From the NCBI GenBank assembly GCA_964016885.1, contig OZ024742.1, forward strand, positions 23,746,001-23,810,000: DNA of 64,000 nt, read 5' to 3'. This DNA comes from Eledone cirrhosa (Eukaryota). A program made the position numbers and the translations under genes. Below are positions 56,531 to 64,000 of the stretch, piece after piece. Numbering within the stretch: position 1 is the stretch's first letter; each line of letters opens with the position of its first letter. The notes under the pieces were generated by a model. That model did no database searches, was not told where the DNA came from, and saw nothing but the letters and a program-made list of their open reading frames with translations.

Positions 56531-59487
56531 AAGGTTTGATGATAGATATGTTGGTTGTTAGGATACAAGGTTTGACAGTGGATATGTTGGTTGTTAGGAT
56601 ACAAGGTTTCACGGTGGATATGTTGGTTGTTAGGATATAAGGTTTGACGGTGGATATGTTGGTTGTTAGGATACAAGGTTTGACGGTGGATATGTTGGTT
56701 GTTAGGATATAAGGTTTGACGGTGGATATGTTGGTTGTTAGGATACAAGGTTTGACGGTGGATATGTTGGTTGTTAGGATACAAGGTTTGACGGTGGATA
56801 TGTTGGTTGTTAGGATACAAGGTTTGACGGTGGATATGTTGGTTGTTAGGATACAAGGTTTGACGGTGGATATGTTGGTTGTTAGGATACAAGGTTTGAC
56901 GGTGGATATGTTGGTTGTTAGGATACAAGGTTTGACGGTGGATATGTTGGTTGTTAGGATACAAGGTTTGACGGTGGATATGTTGGTTGTTAGGATACAA
57001 GATTTGACGGTGGATATGTTGGTTGTTAGGATACAAGGTTTGACGGTGGATATGTTGGTTGTTAGGATACAAGGTTTAACGGTGGATATGTTGGTTGTTA
57101 GGATACAAGGTTTGACGGTGGATATGTTGGTTGTTAGGATACAAGGTTTGACGGTGGATATGTTGGTTGTTAGGATACAAGGTTTGACGGTGGATATGTT
57201 GGTTGTTAGGATACAAGGTTTGACGGTGGATATGTTGGTTGTTAGGATACAAGATTTGACGCTGGATATGTTGGTTGTTAGGATATAAGGTTTGACGGTG
57301 GATATGTTGGTTGTTAGGATATAAGGTTTGACGGTGGATATGTTGGTTGTTAGGATACAAGATTTGACGGTGGATATGTTGGTTGTTAGGATACAAGGTT
57401 TGACGGTGGATATGTTGGTTGTTAGGATACAAGATTTGACGGTGGATATGTTGGTTGTTAGGATACAAGGTTTGACGGTGGATATGTTGGTTGTTAGGAT
57501 ACAAGATTTGACGGTGGATATGTTGGTTGGTAGGATACAAGGTTTGACGGTGGATATGTTGGTTGTTAGGATACAAGGTTTGACGGTGGATATGTTGGTT
57601 GTTAGGATACAAGGTTTGACGGTGGATATGTTGGTTGTTAGGATACAAGGTTTGACGGTGGATATGTTGGTTGTTAGGATATAAGGTTTGACGGTGGATA
57701 TGTTGGTTGTTAGGATACAAGGTTTGACGGTGGATATGTTGGTTGTTAGGATATAAGGTTTGACGGTGGATATGTTGGTTGTTAGGATACAAGGTTTGAC
57801 GGTGGATATGTTGGTTGTTAGGATACAAGGTTTGACGGTGGATATGTTGGTTGTTAGGATACAAGGTTTGACGGTGGATATGTTGGTTGTTAGGATATAA
57901 GGTTTGACGGTGGATATGTTGGTTGTTAGGATACAAGATTTGACGCTGGATATGTTGGTTGTTAGGATATAAGGTTTGACGGTGGATATGTTGGTTGTTA
58001 GGATATAAGGTTTGACGGTGGATATGTTGGTTGTTAGGATACAAGATTTGACGGTGGATATGTTGGTTGTTAGGATACAAGGTTTGACGGTGGATATGTT
58101 GGTTGTTAGGATACAAGATTTGACGGTGGATATGTTGGTTGTTAGGATACAAGGTTTGACGGTGGATATGTTGGTTGTTAGGATACAAGATTTGACGGTG
58201 GATATGTTGGTTGTTAGGATACAAGGTTTGACGGTGGATATGTTGGTTTGTTAGGATACAAGGTTTGACGGTGGATATGTTGGTTGTTAGGATACAAGCT
58301 TTGACGGTGGATATGTTGGTTGTTAGGATACAAGGTTTGACGGTGGATATGTTGGTTGTTAGGATACAAGGTTTGACGGTGGATATGTTGGTTGTTAGGA
58401 TACAAGGTTTAACAGTGGATATGTTGGTTGTTAGGATACAAGATTTGACGGTGGATATGTTGGTTGTTAGGATACAAGATTTGACGGTGGATATGTTGGT
58501 TGTTAGGATACAAGGTTTGACGGTGGATATGTTGGTTGTTAGGATACAAGATTTGACGGTGGATATGTTGGTTGTTAGGATACAAGGTTTGACGGTGGAT
58601 ATGTTGGTTGTTAGGATACAAGGTTTGACGGTGGATATGTTGGTTGTTAGGATACAAGGTTTGGCGGTGGATATGTTGGTTGTTAGGATACAAGGTTTGA
58701 CGGTGGATATGTTGGTTGTTAGGATACAAGGTTTGACGGTGGATATGTCGGTTGTTAGGATACAAGATTTGACGGTGGATATGTTGGTTGTTAGGATACA
58801 AGGTTTGACGGTGGATATGTTGGTTGTTAGGATACAAGATTTGACGGTGGATATGTTGGTTGTTAGGATACAAGGTTTGACGGTGGATATGTTGGTTGTT
58901 AGGATACAAGGTTTGACGGTGGATATGTTGGTTGTTAGGATACAAGATTTGACGGTGGATATGTTGGTTGTTAGGATACAAGGTTTGACGGTGGATATGT
59001 TGGTTGTTAGGATACATTGTTTGACGGTGGATATGTTGGTTGTTAGGATACAAGGTTTGACGGTGGATATGTTGGTTGTTAGGATACAAGGTTTGACGGT
59101 GGATATGTTGGTTGTTAGGATACAAGATTTGACGGTGGATATGTTGGTTGTTAGGATACAAGGTTTGACGGTGGATATGTTGGTTGTTAGGATACAAGGT
59201 TAGACGGTGGATATGTTGGTTGTTAGGATGCAAGGTTTGACGGTGGATATGTTGGTTGTTAGGATACAAGATTTGACGGTGGATATGTTGGTTGTTAGGA
59301 TACAAGATTTGACGGTGGATATGTTGGTTGTTAGGATACAAGATTTGACGGTGGATATGTTGGTTGTTAGGATACAAGGTTTGACGGTGGATACGTTGGT
59401 TGTTAGGATACAAGGTTTGACGGTGGATATATGTTGGTTGTTAGGATACAAGGTTTGACGGTGGATATGTTGGTTGTTAGGATATAA
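56531..59487. repeat. 36-bp tandem satellite, ~82 copies
   Basis: Unit GGTTTGACGGTGGATATGTTGGTTGTTAGGATACAA; very homogeneous. Confidence 0.97.
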
Positions 59488-59594
59488 AATGTGAAATTGA
59501 ACAAGAAAATTATTAGATAAGAAGGAAATATGTCCCTGTAGCAAGGAGAAATCAATAATGTGTAAGGAAGTGGGAGTATAGTGAGGGGTAGGAC

Positions 59595-59656
59595 TCTCTC
59601 TCTCTCTCTCTTCTCACAATTGGTACACCTCTCTCTCTCACAATTGCTACACCTCT

Positions 59657-59726
<70 letters not shown>

Positions 59727-59999
59727 TTGGTATACCTCTCTCTCTCTTTCACAATTGCTACACCTCTCTCTCTCTCTCACACAATTGCTACACCTCTCTC
59801 TCTCTCACTCACAATTGCTACACCTCTCTCTCTCTCTCACACAATTAGTACACCTCTCTCTCTCTCCTCTCACAATTAGTACACCTCTCTCTCTCTCACT
59901 CACACACAATTGGTACACCTTTCTCTCTCTCTCTCTCACACACAATTGGTACACCTCTCTCTCTTCTCTCTCTCTCTTCTCTTTTCTCACAATTGGTAC

Positions 60000-60043
<44 letters not shown>

Positions 60044-60092
60044 ACAATTGGTACACCTCTCTCTCTCTCTCTCTTCTCACAATTGGTTACAC

Positions 60093-60157
<65 letters not shown>

Positions 60158-60160
60158 CCT
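59595..60160. repeat. Compound repeat: ~13 CACAATTGSTACAC motifs separated by variable (CT)n
   Basis: Direct reading. Confidence 0.9.
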
Positions 60161-60394
60161 ATCGCTTTATATATCTGGGATAGACACATGTGCTGAGCTC
60201 GCTCGGTAAGTTTCGTTTAAATTTATCTGGAAATTGTGAACTGTAAACTTTCATTTTTGTACCATTTTGTAGAGAGACTGCCAGGTCAAACTTTGATCTG
60301 GTCAGTCTCTCAAAATATTCTACGCCTTTAGGCGAAATAGTGTTGTAAAAATGTAATCTTTCGAAAAATTTCGAAAAATCCTATTTTGATAAAA

Positions 60395-62085
60395 ATGGCT
60401 GAAGCATCTTCACTAGAATTCGAAGGAGGAAAGGGGAAGATAAGCTTACAGCTTCCCCCTGCCACTGTCACAGTAGCAGAGGTCAAAAAGAAAGGTCAGC
60501 CAGAGGAAGGATTTTCTCCACCTGTTGACCGACAACTTGACGTTGCCATGGCAAGAACCCAAAGAACCAGTGGCACCAGCAACAGCAACAACAACAACAA
60601 TGCGACGGACGAAAACAACACCAATAACAATAACAAGAACAAGACCAATAACTGTGATAACAACAACAATGATAACAACAACACCACCAACTACAACAGC
60701 AACACAAACCAAAAAAATTTCTCCTTCGCCGAGACGGCAAGGAAGACCCTCGACTATCTGCCAGTAGATATAACCAAAGCGAAGGAGCTACTGGCAGATG
60801 CCAAAAAATATATAGTGTACGGGGAAAATGGTTCATTCACGATCCCCCCCCCCCCCGGAACTAAAAAGCCAGAGACTCCTAAACACTGTTATGTTTAGGA
60901 CAATCTCGAATAAAAGCAAAAAACCAGCTCAACCATCACAGAGTGAGATAGAGCTGGTTTTAAAAGACGTCATGAAGGACATCACCTTCATTCAGAAGGA
61001 TAGACTCTACGGGAGTCTATCCATTCTCATGAAGGACAGGGACACAGCAGTGAAACTGTCCATCAAACCAATCACATCCACCGCATACACCTTCTACCCT
61101 ACGTACATGGGTAGAAGAACACAAAAAATAAAAATCCACACCATCCTGCCGATTATGGACATATGGTGGATTTTGACAGGTTTCCTGGACCTGGATGATG
61201 ACACGCTGGTGTCCATGGGAAAGGCATCGGGTGACGCGTTCAGTGGAACGAGCCTCGAACTTGTAGTTCAAATGAGGCCCGAAAGGATCGCCCAGATCCC
61301 TCAACGCGTCATACTGGATGATCAATCGTTCATCAACATTACCGTTGAGAGTAGGCAGCCCTCGTGTTACCTCTGCGGAACCAGAGGTCACCTGAGGGCT
61401 GTCTGTCCCCAACTTAATAAGAAAACCCCAATCCTGCCTACACCACCAACAACTGCACAACCAACACAATCACCACAACTACCACTACAAAAACAACCAC
61501 TACAGCTCAAACCAAAACAAAACAATGTCCAACCCATCCCCCCCCACTCAAAAAACAAAAACAATTTCCAAAACACCCGCACCGCAAACACAACCCGAAA
61601 ATATACCCCTCCCCTCCAACGCGGAAGATGACCCTAGTTCGTCGTCAGACGAGGAGGAGCACTTACACACATTCAAAAGAAAACACACCTCAGACACACA
61701 AATGAAAACAACCCCTCCCCAAAACATAACACTGACACCAACACAAAAGAGCTCACAACAACAGCAAACAAAAAACACCACACAAAAACAAAAACATGCA
61801 TACACATACATAAACACAAGAAACAAAAAACTGTTAAACATTGTGTACAACAACAATCTAATAAAAACCCAAGGGCCTAACTTCACGCAGGCAGGGTATT
61901 CCCCCCACCTCAAAATGATTAAGGCCCCACAGGACACCTATAAAACTTTAAAAAACAACTTTAAAGAGGACGTGGATCCACTCTGCATCGGGCCCATTAA
62001 CCGCGTCCTCCTAAAAAAACTACCCAACCCTCTTCCCAAACACCCACAGAACTCCAAACTCCCCAACCACACAACGCACTCATAA
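60395..62085 (+). CDS. LINE ORF1 (gag-like, CCHC knuckle), split by two frameshifts at poly-C runs
   Basis: CYLCGTRGHLRAVC. Three overlapping ORFs join at C-runs near 60845-60856 and 61538-61546. Confidence 0.75.
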
Positions 62086-62203
62086 CCCTACACCTCCACA
62101 AACAACCACCCCACCCAACAACCCATCCCCCACCCTAATGGAAATTGTGCAGCCCGATACCCGGGACGCAGAGAGGTAAGTGCCTTTTCTCATCACCACC
62201 AAC

Positions 62204-64000
62204 ATGGCCATGCTAAGAGTAGGCTGTTTAAATGCGCGTGGCCTGGGCTCAACTTGGAAGCAAGCAATGCTTCTAAATGACCTCAGGTCACAACGTATAG
62301 ATGTGATGGTTATTTGCGAGGCCCGGATCAGCAACGTGCGACAGCTGGCCCCCACCTATGATGACTTTGAGATGCACGCAATCTCTCTGTCAGCCCGGAG
62401 GTGGGGGTGGGGTTGTCGTTCTGCTGCAAAAACATATGGGTCTCGCAACACAGATGGTACATTTGGACCCGGAGGGTCGACTAGTGGTTCTGGACCTTGG
62501 CAGTGGTAAAGGCGGAACGTTTAGGTTGGTAGCCGCCTACGGCCCTTTCGGGTCAATGCGGCCGGACTTCTTCCATCGTCTGGAGACTTTTCTAGGGACG
62601 TCCCGCTCCTTGCTATTAGTGGGGGACTGGAATGGTATCCTAGATGCACGCTGGGACTACGTAGGGTCCTGTCACGTTAGAGAGGGGTGTAATAGCCTCA
62701 AAGGGTTAATCGGTCGATTTGACCTGGCCGATAGATATCGACTAGATTTTCCGACTGCGCCAACCTGGACTTGGGCAAATCGTAGCGGATCATCTAGGTC
62801 GTACCTAGATAGGTTCTTAGTAATATTTAAGGATAAGGACTTTTTAAGTTGTCCAAAAATGCGCATGGTTGACTATTCAGACCACAAGTTAGTGACCTGT
62901 ATAGTCAACCTTGACAGAACTCATAGACAGGGACCCGGTTACTGGAAGCTTAATTCGTCCTTACCGGCAAGTAAGGCTTACAGGGACCGGATTAGCACTT
63001 TAGTTAAGGAGCGGTTGACGGGCGCCATCGTCAACAGCAGGTGGTGGGGATCTCTCAAAAGAGAGATTAGAGTAGTCTCTATAGAATTTAGTAAGGAGTT
63101 AGCCTCAAATAGAAATAGGAAGGAAAGGGAGTTAGTAGATAGTGTAGAAGTGGTAATTAGAAGCGGCGACGTGGCCAGAGTGCTAGCGTCGAGAACGGCC
63201 CTGGGCCAGTTCTTCGACGCGAAACATGAAGGCTGCATCGCCCGAAGCAAAATAGGTGCTCTGGGAAACGAGGGGACCAAAGCTGTTAGCTGGGCCCGCG
63301 GGACAGAAGCAAAAAGAGGAGGCAGATCCACTATACGGTCTTTGCGAGACCAGGATGGACGGGTGATCCTTGAACCTAAGCAGATGTGCGAGGCTTTTCA
63401 AAAGCACTTTGCCGGATTGTTCGGAAGGGGCGGGGAGCCGGTTGGGGATGTGGACTTCGGTCCATACCTCGACGGCCCGCCGCGTCTCTCGGACAGGGAG
63501 GCAAAGTCCTGCGAGGAGCCGATTTCAGCCGCTGAGATAGAGGACGTGCTGAGCCAATGTGGCAAACGCAAATCCCCGTGTCTCGATGGTCTTCCATACG
63601 AACTATATCTAGCTATGCCCGACTTGTTCCCCGATCTCCTCGAGGCGGTCTACTGCAACTGGCAACAGAACGGGAGAATTCCCTGTGCTGTGACCAAGGT
63701 CGTAGTCACGCTAGTGAGGAAGGACGAGAACAAGGGGGACGATATAAATAATTTCAGGCCCATAACTCTGCTAAATACAGAGTTACAGATTTTGGCCAAG
63801 GTGCTAGCAAAGAGGTTGGCGCTTGTCGTGGGTAACCTGGTGGGAGATGCGCAGACATGTGCTATCCCGTCCAGGTCCATCCACGATAACCTCCACCTCA
63901 TGCGATACATCATAGAGAGGGTTGGGAACGAACCCGGCTTTGGTGGGGCCCTGATCAACTTGGATCAATCTAAGGTATTCGATAGGGTCGACCATGGTTA
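62204..64000 (+). CDS. LINE ORF2 (APE endonuclease plus start of RT), one frameshift near 62390
   Basis: CLNARGL, VGDWN, YLDRF, SDH, GYWKLN, KSPCLDGLPYE, FRPITLLN, QTCAIP, LDQSKVFDRVDH; frame open to the window end. Confidence 0.9.

Larger units (their letters stand above)
60184..64000 (+). mobile_element. Tx1/L1-clade LINE, 5' part (truncated by the window edge)
   Basis: 5' UTR with hairpin at 60264-60316, gag-like ORF1 and APE-RT ORF2. The 5' boundary is approximate. Confidence 0.9.

Noticed and set aside
56531-59487. CRISPR array (36-bp repeats)
   Set aside because: Units are contiguous with no spacers, there are no cas genes, and the context is eukaryotic.
59595-60100. CRISPR-like repeat-spacer pattern or hammerhead array
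   Set aside because: Spacers are only (CT)n, and no CUGANGA or GAAA core accompanies the CAATTG palindrome.

Overview
AT-rich, microsatellite-saturated eukaryotic DNA. I found no host protein-coding gene I can support. The SINE families and (TA)n/(CA)n load resemble an octopod cephalopod genome (inference, not checked). The window is dominated by Penelope-like retroelements (PLEs): a near-intact Hydra-clade-like copy (29741-34771, one frameshift), a Neptune-like copy with a long uncharacterised N-terminal region (38432-44809), a decayed third ORF (~55000-56175), and many ORF-less pseudo-LTR (pLTR) fragments in (TA)n tracts. By eye I found about 20 type I hammerhead ribozyme (HHR) motifs or remnants. 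They include canonical cores and three recurring non-canonical cores: UUGAAAA (U3-A8), CCGANGA and CAGAAGA. Also present are a Tx1-like LINE running off the right end, CRE-like and RTE-like LINE fragments, two non-autonomous Helitrons, two piggyBac-type MITEs, tRNA-derived SINEs, a 36-bp satellite of ~82 copies and SINE-derived minisatellites. All calls are manual; no database search or folding program was run.
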